In this document: positions 28,051 through 39,866 of the stretch, one piece after another
Position numbering within the stretch: the stretch's first letter is position 1
How the letters are laid out: each line of letters starts with the position of its first letter
Translations under genes and position numbers: made by a program
The notes under the pieces: generated by a model
Seen by the model: the letters and a program-made list of their open reading frames with translations, nothing else
What the model was told of the DNA's origin: nothing
Database searches by the model: none
Source: Perna viridis
Taxonomy: Eukaryota
Length of the DNA stretch: 64,000 nt
Assembly (NCBI GenBank): GCA_037379345.1
Contig: CM074515.1
Coordinates: forward strand, 15,190,001-15,254,000
Direction of reading: 5' to 3'

Positions 28051-28182
28051 GTGATAGATACACTATACATCCTGGGTATTTGGAGATCCCCAACATAAAT
28101 AGGACTGATGATGGTACATATTACTGTTTGGTTTTGGCAGCTTTAGAATTCAAAAAGATTTCAATTCAAGTGACAGTAACAG
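28051..28182 (+). CDS. NCAM: NCAM-like exon, Ig2 C-half (DRYTIHPGYLEIPNINRTDDGTYYCLVLAALEFKKISIQVTVT)
   Basis: TTTAG acceptor, CAG|GTGTGT donor, phase 1-1, DDGTYYC. Confidence 0.93.
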
Positions 28183-29038
28183 GTGTGTTATATTTAAAAA
28201 AAAAATTTTTTGTACCCTTTTTATATGACAGCAGAACAATGCAGTTGCACAATAGTATGGCATCATTGTACTCAAGTAGTTGGTTGACCTTATAAAATTC
28301 TACATCAAAGTTCCAAACCACAAATGGATTTTTTAGCGTAAGGTCTCCAACAGTTTTGGAATTAAAGGCCAAAAGGGGGACCAAAAAAAGCATTTCATGC
28401 TCCAGGAAAAGCATATGGGTGTCTTTTATAATTGTTACATGATATTCTTTATCACAAAGGACAGTCTGACAAATTGTGGAATTAAGATTAAACTGTTCAG
28501 GAATTATGGGTAAATAAGGGATCTCTTTTAAATTACACCACAATGTGCCATACCTTAACAGGAAGAATGTGGTTGACTTTAGGAGTTGTGACTTAAACCA
28601 GTAAGGAATGAGAGGTGAAAGGGACCAGAAACGATTGCTGTTCTGGAATCGACCTCTGTGGTTGTATTAAGCTGCTTTCTGCAGAACATTTGATGTTAAG
28701 TTGGCCGATTCAGAGTCAAATAAATCCAAAATCAACTTCAACTTGGACAAAAATTGAAGTTCTGTGGTTTATAGACTAAATTCAACATGTATTCAGATTT
28801 TTAATTTTCATCTGTAGTATATAAGTAAAAGTTTGTTTTTTTTTTAAAGTGCTTAGACCACAGCTGTGTCAGAAATTCTTGTGTCAAGTACCATATCACC
28901 ATTAAAATTTAGTTATGGACCAAGCTGGAATATATTGTTCAATTTTGCATAAGATTTTTGATTTTAATGTAATAAAATATCTATGCCTTGTACATATCTG
29001 TTTGATGAAGTGAGGTATAAGAATTTTTTCATTATCAG

Positions 29039-29151
29039 TACCACCAAAGATAGTAAAGGCTCCTGTATCACAAAGTATTGCTGTAGATGACAGTGCCAGA
29101 TTTGAATGTGTAGCTACAGCTAAACCTGAACCAACATACTTCTGGTATAAG
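29039..29151 (+). CDS. NCAM: NCAM-like exon, Ig3 N-half (PPKIVKAPVSQSIAVDDSARFECVATAKPEPTYFWYK)
   Basis: ATCAG acceptor, AAG|GTATGC donor, phase 1-0, I-set C..A.A.PEP...W.K motif. Confidence 0.94.
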
Positions 29152-29340
29152 GTATGCCATACTTAAACAGGTTTACACTTCTGGTACATGTATAAGGTAT
29201 GTCATACTTAACCAGGTTCATACTTCTGGTACATGTATAAGGTATGTCATATTAAATCAGGTTTGTACTTCTGGTACATGTATAAGGTATGTCATATTAA
29301 ATCAGGATCATACTTTTGTGGTATAATGTATGTAATACTA
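29135..29340. repeat. ~45-bp minisatellite built from the exon end and donor; remnant continues at ~29775-29870
   Basis: ACTTCTGGTA(CATGTA)TAAG|GTATGTCATA repeated about 4-5 times. Confidence 0.88.
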
Positions 29341-30763
29341 ATATAAAAAAAGGAGTTGTGGTATGATTGCCAATGAGACAGTCATCCAACAAATGCCAAG
29401 CAACAAACAATTAAACTGCTACAGGTCACTACATGGTATTCAATGATGGGCAAAACCCATACCATAAAGCAAAATAAAAAATGACATCCACTGAAAGTAT
29501 TTTGTGGGTTAAACATGTTTGTGAGCTCTGAACTTCCCCTAACCTAGGACAGTGGTGTGAAAATACAACAATAAAATGAAATATAAAAATCTGTTAAATT
29601 TGGATTTAACTCTTGAGATAGATACAGAATACAAACGCTTTAACAAAGAGGACAAAAGACGGCATACTGTACCTACCTCAAAAGAGAACTTGCTTTTTCT
29701 GTAAGCTTGTTCAAAATCCAAGAGCAACTGATGAGCATACCTTGTTTACTCCAACGAAAAAAAAAGAAAAAAATCAGTTTCATACTTCTGGTATAAGTTT
29801 TGTCATACTAAATCAGCTTCATCTTCTGGTATAATTATGTCATACTAACTTAGTTTATTCATACTTCTACCAAGATTCATCCACCTTTTATACCCTGCTA
29901 CACAATGTGGTGAGATATTATGCGATACCCTCCAAAAAGTCATGTGTCCATCTATCTATATGTCCCCTCACGATTTTAAGATGATAACTTGAGATAGAAT
30001 CTATTAATTATCGTGAAACTCTGCACACTTGTTAAGTCCTATAAAATACAGATTAAGTTCAGATTACAGATTACAGATTAAATCCAATTATAGTTTTCCA
30101 GTAAGGCCATTATGAACATTTTGCCATCTCCCTTTTTCACCATTATGTGGCAGGATATCACTTAGTATTCCATTTATACCCTGTTTTTATAAGATATACC
30201 ACATGATATTATACATTACTACAAACATGTTTCCTTATTAAGGGAGTCTTATGTGTTGCATTTGTGTACAAGTCTATTCCAATTCTCCATTGATATTTTG
30301 CTTTTAATGAACGTAGATTTTGCTTCAAATGACTTTTTGACTGTAAATAATAATTTAAAAAAGAAAAAAAGCATGAAGACAACAAGAAAATAAAGTATTG
30401 TCTACAATGGCTGACACGTGTAAATATTTTGACTGTTTGTGACTTATAATATTGTTATTGAATAAAAATCAGCAAATCCGATTATCTGTCTCATTGATTA
30501 CTGTAAATTCAGAAAGTATTGTATGTATTAAGTACTGTGATTGCGTCATTTTGGTAAATGATGCAATTTTTTATATTTTTTGTGATTGGGAGAAATTCCC
30601 ACATTAGTTATGTTAAAAAGCTCATAATGCAAGTTTTAATTATTGCTATTCAAATTTAGGCGCATTTTTTGCAATAATTCCTGAATTTAATTAAATATAC
30701 TGAAGTTGGTTTGAGGGAACTCATTTATGAAGAAGTACAATACTTATTTCACTAATTTTTCAG

Positions 30764-30926
30764 GATAATGGTGGAGTTGAGTTGGGCGGAGAACGATACG
30801 TCATTTCGCAGCAGACTGGAGAATTTATTATTAAGAAAGTCATAAAGGATGACGAAGGAAGCTATAGATGTGTAGCAAAGAGTCGAGATAGTACGGATGA
30901 AAGATCAGCTGTATTAACTGTGCTAA
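30764..30926 (+). CDS. NCAM: NCAM-like exon, Ig3 C-half (DNGGVELGGERYVISQQTGEFIIKKVIKDDEGSYRCVAKSRDSTDERSAVLTVL)
   Basis: TTTTTCAG acceptor, A|GTAAGT donor, phase 0-1, DEGSYRC. Confidence 0.94.
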
Positions 30927-31997
30927 GTAAGTTATAGCTGCACTCGAATAAGATTTAAAAGATACTAACAGGATAAATACTTGGAAAGATTGATAAATCG
31001 AAATATAATCACAAGTGCAGAAGAACACCTATTGTCTCGCTTGCCACTTCTACTAGATCAAATGGCCACCCCATATTTAGTTCCAAAAACACGCTGAACC
31101 AAGATCTATGCATTGTAAGTGCATAATGTGTGTGCATCTGATCTAATGAGGTCAAAATAATGCTGAGAATGTGCATTTTAAAATCATATTTGTAATTTAC
31201 TACAAAAGTATATGAATATTGTTAAGATGTGTGTGAGTTATTTGCCTCTATGCTGTCAGTTAGCAGAAAATGTAAAAATATGTATTTTCAGTACTATTTA
31301 TTTAAGTAAATTTTAAGTGTATATATGTTGTAGGTTGGTACTTTTTGTCATTTGCCATTTGTGTGTTACACAATTAACAGTTATAACATATTATGTTTTC
31401 TGTTAAATTTTGAATTGACCAACAACATTTGAAGGTGCAAACTTCAAAGGGACCTCTTTTTGTAGCAAGTTTGTATATAACTGCTGGATTTATACTCTAA
31501 TGCATTTTACAAGCGTTCAATTTAAGTGATTTTGGAGAAATATTCATGTGTCAATAATCAGAAATTATTTCAAATGTGTAAAAATGAACATGTATTTACA
31601 CATATAATTATTATATTTCAAACAACTATGTCATAAAGGGTATAATGTTTTTTATATGTCAGTCCTCTTTTTGTCATTTCCACTGCTCTCAAAATACTGA
31701 ACATAATTTCACAAATTTTTGTATTTAGTAAGGACATAATATGTAGTTGTGTATTTTAACTGGAAATTAGGATTCCTCAAATATTGTGGGAGTTAAACCC
31801 CTTTGAAATATGTTTCCTGAAGTACATACTTTAAGTATCATACCATTGTTGCACCTCTGAAACAACTTAGGTTACAGCTTGTTTTTTGCATTGCTGAAGA
31901 CCACTATTTTTTTTAAACAGTTATGTCCCTCTTAGAAAGACTTATATTTATTATCCTTTATGACCCTGGTTTTACTTATAAAATTGCCTCTTTGTAG

Positions 31998-32146
31998 TTC
32001 CTCCAACTATTGTACAACTAGACAATACCACTGCAGATGAAGACACTTTTGCTACATTGAAATGTACCGCTCATGGTGATCCAATTCCTAAGATAGTCTG
32101 GCAGAGACAAGGAAGTCAGAATGATTTTACTGATGGAACACAACAG
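31998..32146 (+). CDS. NCAM: NCAM-like exon, Ig4 N-half (PPTIVQLDNTTADEDTFATLKCTAHGDPIPKIVWQRQGSQNDFTDGTQQ)
   Basis: TTTGTAG acceptor, CAG|GTACAT donor, phase 1-0; LxCxAxGDPIPxIxW is typical of NCAM Ig4. Confidence 0.95.
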
Positions 32147-32533
32147 GTACATTTTGTACTGTGTACAAAAACTTTCACTTTCACACAGTTCAAAATATTT
32201 GTATACAACAGTGCTATTGTATGACTTCTATAATACATGGACAGCTTAGTACTTACTTGATTTATAGCCAATTGGTCATTGTTCTGTGAGTAAATTAGAG
32301 GCTGTGCTTAGTATTTACATTAGTTCAAGCCAAATTCAAGTATTTAAATCATGTCAAGTCAGTGTCCTTATAATGTCTTTTAACAGCAAGAGTTTCAAAG
32401 AAAACTCAAAGCAATGTGACTTCTCATTAAAAAAAAAGTCAGTAATTGTATATTATATATGAATATAACATGTTGACTTCTTCAAAATAAGGGTTGCAGT
32501 GTAAATGTTTTCAGAATTATACGATGTTTTTAA

Positions 32534-32746
32534 GGAGGTAGACCTAGGGTAAGGGACATAACTCTTTAAATCAGCCATATATTTGTATTATATTCAATTT
32601 CACCGAAGCCTTTCAAGCTTTGCCTTGAAACAGAATGAAATCAGTCCCAAGGTACTTTGATGCTTACATGAGATGGTTGTAAAATGGTAAATACAAACAT
32701 TCCAATGATTTGTAAGAGTTGTGTCCCTTACCCTAGGTCTACCTCC
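32534..32746. mobile_element. Palindromic MITE (Kolobok-like), copy 2
   Basis: Same TIR and body as 17218-17429. Confidence 0.8.
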
Positions 32747-32942
32747 TTGTTATGTCACTTACTGTAGCCTTTCTGAAATTAATCCTTTTATTTTATTCTA
32801 TTTTAAGAGTCTCAAAATAACAAAGTGGTAATTCTGATAACCTAATAATATTTTTTGACTATAAAATGCTACAATAGGGTAGAGATACACTCATTTTATT
32901 GTTGTAAGGAAGCTGTGTGATGCAGGATTTTATGTTTTACAG

Positions 32943-33108
32943 GATAACACTAACATTGTTGTATCAAGTCAGCAGCATGTAGATAGAATGGAAGTGATTG
33001 GTAGTCTGACCATCAGTAACTTGAAGTCTAGTGAAGCTGGATTTTATTTGTGTAAAGCTACTAATGAAGCTAGAACTGAAGAGAAAGGGACATATCTTAC
33101 AGTCCAAT
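32943..33108 (+). CDS. NCAM: NCAM-like exon, Ig4 C-half (DNTNIVVSSQQHVDRMEVIGSLTISNLKSSEAGFYLCKATNEARTEEKGTYLTVQ)
   Basis: TTTTACAG acceptor, T|GTAAGT donor, phase 0-1, LTI..L...AG.Y.C.A.N. Confidence 0.95.
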
Positions 33109-33426
33109 GTAAGTATTACTGACAGTGTTGATCTTACAGTCCAGTGTAAGTCTTACTGACAGTCTTGATCTTACAGTCCAGTGTAAGTCTTACTGACAGT
33201 GTTGATCTTACAGTCCAGTGTAAGTCTTACTGACAGTGTTGATCTTACAGTCCAGTGTAAGTCTTACTGACAGTGTTGATCTTACAGTCCAGTGTAAGTC
33301 TTACTGACAGTGTTGATCTTACAGTCCAGTGTAAGTGTTACTGACAGTGTTGATTTTACAGTCCAGTGTAAGTATTACTGACAGTGTTGATCTTACAGTC
33401 CAATGTAAGTGTTACTGACAGTCTTG
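33094..33426. repeat. 37-bp x 9 minisatellite spanning the exon/intron junction
   Basis: ATCTTACAGTCCA(A/G)T|GTAAGT.TTACTGACAGTGTTG; the first 15 nt of copy 1 are coding. Confidence 0.97.
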
Positions 33427-33766
33427 TTAACAATGGCTAAAAGATGCAGTCATTTTGCACAGTACTTTGTTGATTTCGGAAATTTTTCCTCACTCATTGC
33501 AGTCCCATAGACTGTCTTTGACCCGATCTGCCACTGATTGATATGATTAGTAGCATTGTTACCTTTTTGATACATTACCCTTTTTTCTCTATTTGATATA
33601 CCTCTTTTTGATACATTCCTCATTACCCTCTATTTGATATACCTCTTTTTTATAAGATAGCATCCTCAGCTAGTCATATTTTTGTTTTTGTTTTTGAAAT
33701 GGCAAATGTTTATGTTATAATGAATAAAAACTATGAATGAAAATTGGAAATAAATCTTTTTTATAG

Positions 33767-33966
33767 ACAAACCAAATTTCTCCAAAGTTAAGAGTGATGT
33801 GATATACAGCTGGGGAGGTCAAAGCACTGGGATACCATGTGTTGCCAGCAGTGTCCCAACAGCTAATATAACATGGTATAAGGATGAACAAAAAATCACT
33901 CAAGGAGACCAATATTACTCCATGCAACAAGTCACCATTGGAGATGATACAACCAATACTCTAACT
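33767..33966 (+). CDS. NCAM: NCAM-like exon, Ig5 N-half (KPNFSKVKSDVIYSWGGQSTGIPCVASSVPTANITWYKD...)
   Basis: TTATAG acceptor, ACT|GTAAGT donor, phase 1-0; YSW.G....I.C...S.P.A.I.W is the NCAM/Fas2 Ig5 pattern. Confidence 0.95.
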
Positions 33967-34262
33967 GTAAGTTGTCAGAAGAAAAAATGCTCTGAAAGTG
34001 TGTTGTCAGATACGTAAACTTTCTGAAAGTGAGTGAGATAAATCAGCATTCTGAAAGTGTGTTGTCAGATAAGTAAACTTTCTGAAAGTGAGTGAAATAA
34101 ATCAACATTCTGAAAGTGTGTTTTCAGATAAGTAAACTTTCTGAAAGTGAGTGAAATAAATCAACATTCTGAAAGTGTGTTGTCAGATACATAAACTTTC
34201 TGAAAGTGAGTGAAATAAATCAACATTCTGAAAGTGAATTGTCAGATAAATAAACATTCTGA
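33967..34262. repeat. ~59-bp dimeric minisatellite starting at the donor
   Basis: TCTGAAAGTGTGTTGTCAGATA..AAACTT / TCTGAAAGTGAGTGAAATAAATCAACAT alternate. Confidence 0.9.
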
Positions 34263-34644
34263 TGTTTGACAAAAAAAAAAGGACTCTCTTACTTTTTGGT
34301 TTTTAGTTGTTTCATATTAATTTCTAACCATGCTTTATAAGAAGGAAATATTGTACAACTTTTGTTTGGAACATGTTATTAGTCATTTGAACATGATCTG
34401 AAGAACATATCACTAAAAATTTAATACTTAAAGATGTATTTGATGATTAGATAAAATTTCTTTCAGTAACATTCCACTTCTGGTTAGTTTGTTTACATTA
34501 CGCCATGTCTTCTCTCGTACCAAAATCTTTCATTTCGTGGTCAATTCTTATATTGATGCATAATACACGCCCCATGCTCTGGAAATGATTTCTATGTAAA
34601 AATGTATGCATTATACAGACCTAAATACGGTACCATAATACAAG

Positions 34645-34988
34645 ACATCATGCATGGAGGGGTCAGACAACTTAAATGCCTTAATACGAAACATTGTACA
34701 TTGAGGAGTCAGACAACTTTAATGCCCTAATACAGAACATCGGCATGGAGGGATCAGACAACTTAAATGCCCTATCACAAAACATAATGCATGGAGAGGT
34801 CGGACAATTTTAATGCCCTAATACAGAACATCGTGCATGGAGGGATCAGACAACTTAAATGCCCTATCACAAAACATAATGCATGGAGAGGTCGGACAAC
34901 TTTAATGCCCTGATACAGAATATTGTGCATGGAGGGGTCAGACAACTTAAATGCCTTATTATAAAACATGCATGGAGGGGTCAGATAC
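34645..34988. repeat. ~46-bp minisatellite, about 7-8 copies
   Basis: CATGGAGGGGTCAGACAACTTAAATGCCCTAATACAGAACAT.. repeated. Confidence 0.9.
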
Positions 34989-35024
34989 AAAAAACAAGTA
35001 CATGAGTCATGAAATAATTTTTTT

Positions 35025-35242
35025 AGGCCATAAAAAATAATGTATGTTTCCTATTACACCTATAAAAAAATAGGGTAGGTAGGTAGGGATTGTTTTATTA
35101 TAATGCATTTATAGAAGAAACATTTGGACTTCAATATACTTCTTGAAAATTGATAAAAAAATTTGGGGTACACTATATTATGCTGAAAAAGAATATGGTG
35201 AGTAGGGTAATAGGAAACACACATCTTTATTTAATCTGGCCT
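35025..35242. mobile_element. Short MITE related to 19014-19891
   Basis: AGGCCA..TGTTTCCTATTAC / GTAATAGGAAACA..TGGCCT inverted ends. Confidence 0.7.
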
Positions 35243-35324
35243 TGTCTTTTGCCATAAATCTGTTCTGTTGCTTTGAAATGTTATTACTATTTGAGACTCA
35301 ATGAAGGCTTTATTACAATTATAG

Positions 35325-35430
35325 GTTGAAGTTGATTTTGCCAATGAAAACAAAGTGTTTGGAGATTACACCTGTAAAGCTGGAAATAAGATTGGTGAAA
35401 GCAGCAAAAACTTCACACTAAGGAGAGCAG
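35325..35430 (+). CDS. NCAM: NCAM-like exon, Ig5 C-half (VEVDFANENKVFGDYTCKAGNKIGESSKNFTLRRA)
   Basis: TATAG acceptor, CAG|GTAATT donor, phase 0-1; FG.Y.C.A.N.IG is the NCAM Ig5 motif. Confidence 0.95.
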
Positions 35431-36203
35431 GTAATTAGTGTGCTGTAATTGTTCATTGATTACAACTTTCCACAGTAAGTTGAGGATCGAAAGAAATCAC
35501 CTTCCATTAAATTTCTTACTTACTCTGATTTTGATAGAAAAAAAGTTAGTTGCTATAAAAAGTACATTAATATAAAATTTCCCTGTTACAACTCTGATGA
35601 AAAATTCTCCATTTTATAAAATTGTCTTCATTAGTTCAGTTTACTACCAGTTCATCAGGTTATTGTAATTTCATAAAAAATAAAACTCTTTTCCTTATTC
35701 ATTGATGGCTGCACCATAAGTTAATACAACAAAAGTGATTAAGTGACATTGAAGACAGTACAACCCACTAAACCGATTTCAAATACATGTAGTTCCAATG
35801 AAAGTTGATCAACTTTTATTTGACAAAAAATGATGAAACTGTGTCAAGAAGATATGCATAGTACTTCCCATTAAGCTGATGCTGCATACTCAATTCAAAT
35901 TGTTCCTCATGAAGAATTGCTCAGATGTTTGACACAAGTGACAAAAAAATGAGCTGAAAAGTTTTTTCAGTGATAGAACTCATCATGCTGAAGCTGCATA
36001 TCATATTTCAAATCATTCCAATGAAGGAGTGCCTAGATTTATTCAACAAAAAATTATGTGACAGATGTACTTGTGTCCATAAGGACATGGTAAGAATAAA
36101 TGGCACCCCAACTTCGAAGTAGGGGCATAAAAATTTCTTATTCACATCTTATGATTTGGTTTTACATACATCTGTAGATGCAGTTTGTTTTTTTCCCTTC
36201 CAG

Positions 36204-36350
36204 ACAGGCCAGATAGTCCAGCATGTAGCATCAAGTTGACGACCCCTACCTCAGTAACATTTGACGTAACAGTACCTGTTGTACTCAATGGACCTCAAGT
36301 TAGTTCAATAGAGGTAGAGTGGAGTGGAAACCCAAGGAATTATCCTGTTG
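36204..36350 (+). CDS. NCAM: NCAM-like exon, FN3-1 N-half (RPDSPACSIKLTTPTSVTFDVTVPVVLNGPQVSSIEVEW...)
   Basis: Long pyrimidine tract plus CAG, G|GTTGGT donor, phase 1-1. Confidence 0.88.
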
Positions 36351-36419
36351 GTTGGTATCTTCACACTTAGTTGTAGATTTATTGTAGTATCACATTATAC
36401 CTTTTGCAAATTAAGTATA

Positions 36420-37100
36420 ATTGTGGTAGCACTGAAATAGGTATGATTGTGCTGAAATATGTACAGTTGTGGTAGGACAGAAAGGGTATAATAGTGGTAC
36501 AGCTGAAATAGGTATGATTTTGGTACTGCTGAAATAGGTATGAATTTGGTACTATTGAAATAGGTATGATTGTGATACAGCTGAAATAGGTATAATTGTG
36601 GTGCAGCTGAAATAGGTATGATTTTTGGTACTGCTGAAATAGGGATGATTGTGGTACAGCTGAAATAGATATAATTGTGGTACAGCTGAAATAGATATGA
36701 TTGTGGTACAGCTGAAATAGGTATGATTGTGGTACAGCAGAAATAGGTATGATTGTGGTACAGCTGAAATAGGTATAATTGTGGTGCAGCTGAAATAGGT
36801 ATGATTTTTGGTACTGCTGAAATAGGGATGATTGTGGTACAGCTGAAATAGATATAATTGTGGTACAGCTGAAATAGATATGATTGTGGTACAGCTGAAA
36901 TAGGTATGATTGTGGTACAGCTGAAATAGGTATGATTGTGGTACAGTTGAAATAGGTATAATTGTGGTACAGCTGAAATAGGTATGATTTTTGGTACTGC
37001 TGAAATAGGTATGATTGTGGTACTGCTGAAATAGGTATGATAGTGTTACTGCTGTAATAAGTATGATGGTGATAGGGCAGAAATAAGTATGATTGTGAAT
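36420..37100. repeat. 26-bp minisatellite (GTACAGCTGAAATAGGTATGATTGTG), about 26 copies, ~180-bp higher-order repeat
   Basis: Read directly; it explains the spurious ORF 36552-37115. Confidence 0.95.
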
Positions 37101-37392
37101 TTTAGAATATTGCAATTTTTAGAAGATCTTTAGCTTAGCCAACAATAATGTAAATTGATACAGTTACAGTGAACACTTGAAAAATAGAATAAATATAATA
37201 ATGGCACTGGACTTAAGTAACACATTATTTGTGAAAATACGAGAACCAGAATTGATATAGAAATGCCACTTTCAATCAAAACTTTATGTCATGGAGTTAA
37301 AACTTTGCATGATAATAGGATGCCACATGTAACATTGTCCTTGTTTAAAACATATAAATAACTAAAATCTCTTATGGGTGAAATATTTTCAG

Positions 37393-37524
37393 TTGGACAG
37401 AGGAAGGTAGAAGTGATGATTGACCAGTTAACACCCAGTACACAGTACAATATTAAAGTATATGCCAAAAATGATGTTGATAAAGGACCTGCATTTTCAA
37501 TGCCCTTAACTACACCTGCACCAC
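37393..37524 (+). CDS. NCAM: NCAM-like exon, FN3-1 C-half (GQRKVEVMIDQLTPSTQYNIKVYAKNDVDKGPAFSMPLTTPAP)
   Basis: TTTTCAG acceptor, C|GTAAGT donor, phase 1-1, FN3 L.P.T.Y...V.A.N motif. Confidence 0.94.
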
Positions 37525-39618
37525 GTAAGTAATATTACCAACTCATTGGGACTTACTTCACAGAATAATGGAAGGATTTCCCTTTATTTTTTTTTACTAT
37601 AACTCCACCATTTTCAAAAAACTTAAGGAAAATGGTTTACATTTTGCTTCCTTTCAATCTATAATATGACTGCAAATGAAAATGTGGCACTATTGTTGTT
37701 GACCATATAAATTTGTTTTTTTTGTTTGAAAAACTGAAAAGTAGTGTGTTAATCTTTATACATTTTGCACCAAAGTTTCAAACAACAAAAGGAAGGTTAT
37801 GTATAATTTTGATGGTTATGGCTCCAACTTTTCTGGAACTAGGGGCCAAAAAGGGGCTAAAACAAACTAAAAAGTTAGCTATTCGACTGATGTTGTTCCA
37901 TATTCTAATATGTCGTGCTTTAAAGCTCTTTAGACCGCAGCCATGGTAAAAAAATGATAAATACATGACCAAAATTTAATGCAACTCATAGGCTGCATCT
38001 ATTCAAAAATATGGAATACCTAGTCCTATTAGAATTGAAATATTTCACGGAAGCTCCTTTTTATCATTGTTTACAATGGTTATTGCTTGGGGTAAAACAA
38101 TGTGACATAAATGGCCAGCCTGTGGTAAAACAATGATAAAATGGAGTTTCCATGATTTATTTCTTAAATATTCAATACCACTTAGGTCATACTGGGATTA
38201 TTTTTAGGGGATTAGATTTGAACTGTAGTATAGTGAGGGGCTAAAAAAGGAGCCAGAATCAAGCATTTTTTTGAAGTCAGGACTATAAATTGACTACGAG
38301 TTATAATGATAATAATAATGATTTATTCCGGAGACAAGTACAGCTTATAGGACTGTCATGATTAATACATTACATATTATATATAATATAATACACAGAA
38401 ATGCTGAAAATAGAATTTGTCTTTAATGATAATAGAGACATCTTGATAACAATAAAAAATCAACAACTGATGCAGATCTTTTCGGCTAGAAATAATCATT
38501 ATCCCAAATTAAAAGCTCTTTTATATTACACATTATCAACACATTGCCAAAAAAAGATGGAATGAAACCAAATCTGTTAATGTGTGTAAAGTTGGATGTA
38601 GATGATATCCATACCTGTTAACCCTCACACATTAGGGAAGAGACAAAATCAGTGAAAAAACTAGAATCTCCCACATAAATATGTAAGATTTGTGTTAGGT
38701 TTTTGGTTAAAATTACTTTATTTTCTCTGAAAAATATGAAATAATTAAATTTTTACATGAACAATTTGCTTTTACATAAAAAATTTCCACACGAGACTGA
38801 ATCAGTTGGGTAGAATCTCCGGCAGGAACTGTTATAAAGGTTAACAATATGCATATCTCGTACATCAGTACATGTATCAAGACTAACATTCAGTTTCACA
38901 AAAAACAAAAAAAACAAATAAAAGATCCAGTTCTAAATTGAATGAGAAATGCAATTTTATGATTACTGTTTTATTTTACTTCATATAATCTTTAAAATTC
39001 AGTGAATAGTACTATTTTGACAAGAATCAAAAACCCCTAGTGCTAACAGTACTTTGTTTACCAAAATGAAGTAGTTTCTTGTTTTCAAACAATAACTCAA
39101 AAAAAAATATCATTTTCATGGACCTTTGATGAATTTATTTTCATTGATAAAGTTGAATTTTTTCCCCTCCAGAAGCATATTTTTGGAATATATAGATATC
39201 ACATTGTTTACTAGTTTGTTTGTTTTTCAGTGTAATCTTCAATTATTCTTATTGCTAGTATATTAGTTATTTGACCACTTCCATTCCAGTCAAAATGTTA
39301 CCTTATGTCAAATATGTATTCATAATTCAAATTCAGAGCTGTTTTAAGCATGAATGTTGTATCCATATTTGCCCCAACAGTTCAAGTTTCAACCTTTGGC
39401 ATTTATCATGCTACATCCCTGCTTTAAAGCAGAATTTTGCTTTTTTGACCGTTTATGAAACTTCAGCATGTCACACAGTTTATACCATCCATAGCATGTG
39501 AGGTTAATGATAAGACGTTCAGTCAAACTGGAATATGTATCAGACAGGCCTGCAGAAATGGATCAGGGAAGTGAATTCAAAATGAAAGTAGTGTCACTGG
39601 GTTTATTTGCATAATAAA

Positions 39619-39866
39619 NNNNNNNNNNNNNNNNNNNNNNNNNNNNNNNNNNNNNNNNNNNNNNNNNNNNNNNNNNNNNNNNNNNNNNNNNNNNNNNNNN
39701 NNNNNNNNNNNNNNNNNNNNNNNNNNNNNNNNNNNNNNNNNNNNNNNNNNNNNNNNNNNNNNNNNNNNNNNNNNNNNNNNNNNNNNNNNNNNNNNNNNNN
39801 NNNNNNNNNNNNNNNNNNNNNNNNNNNNNNNNNNNNNNNNNNNNNNNNNNNNNNNNNNNNNNNNNN
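39619..39866. other. Assembly gap (N run)
   Basis: Run of n characters. Confidence 1.

Noticed and set aside
29728-29762. CTGATGAG...CGAAA hammerhead-like core
   Set aside because: I could not form convincing stems I, II or III.
33094-33426. CRISPR-like look of 37-bp repeats (also 41213-41748 and 6580-7250)
   Set aside because: These are head-to-tail units with no unique spacers and no cas genes, in a eukaryotic intron.
36552-37115. 187-aa minus-strand ORF
   Set aside because: It is a translation of the 26-bp minisatellite.
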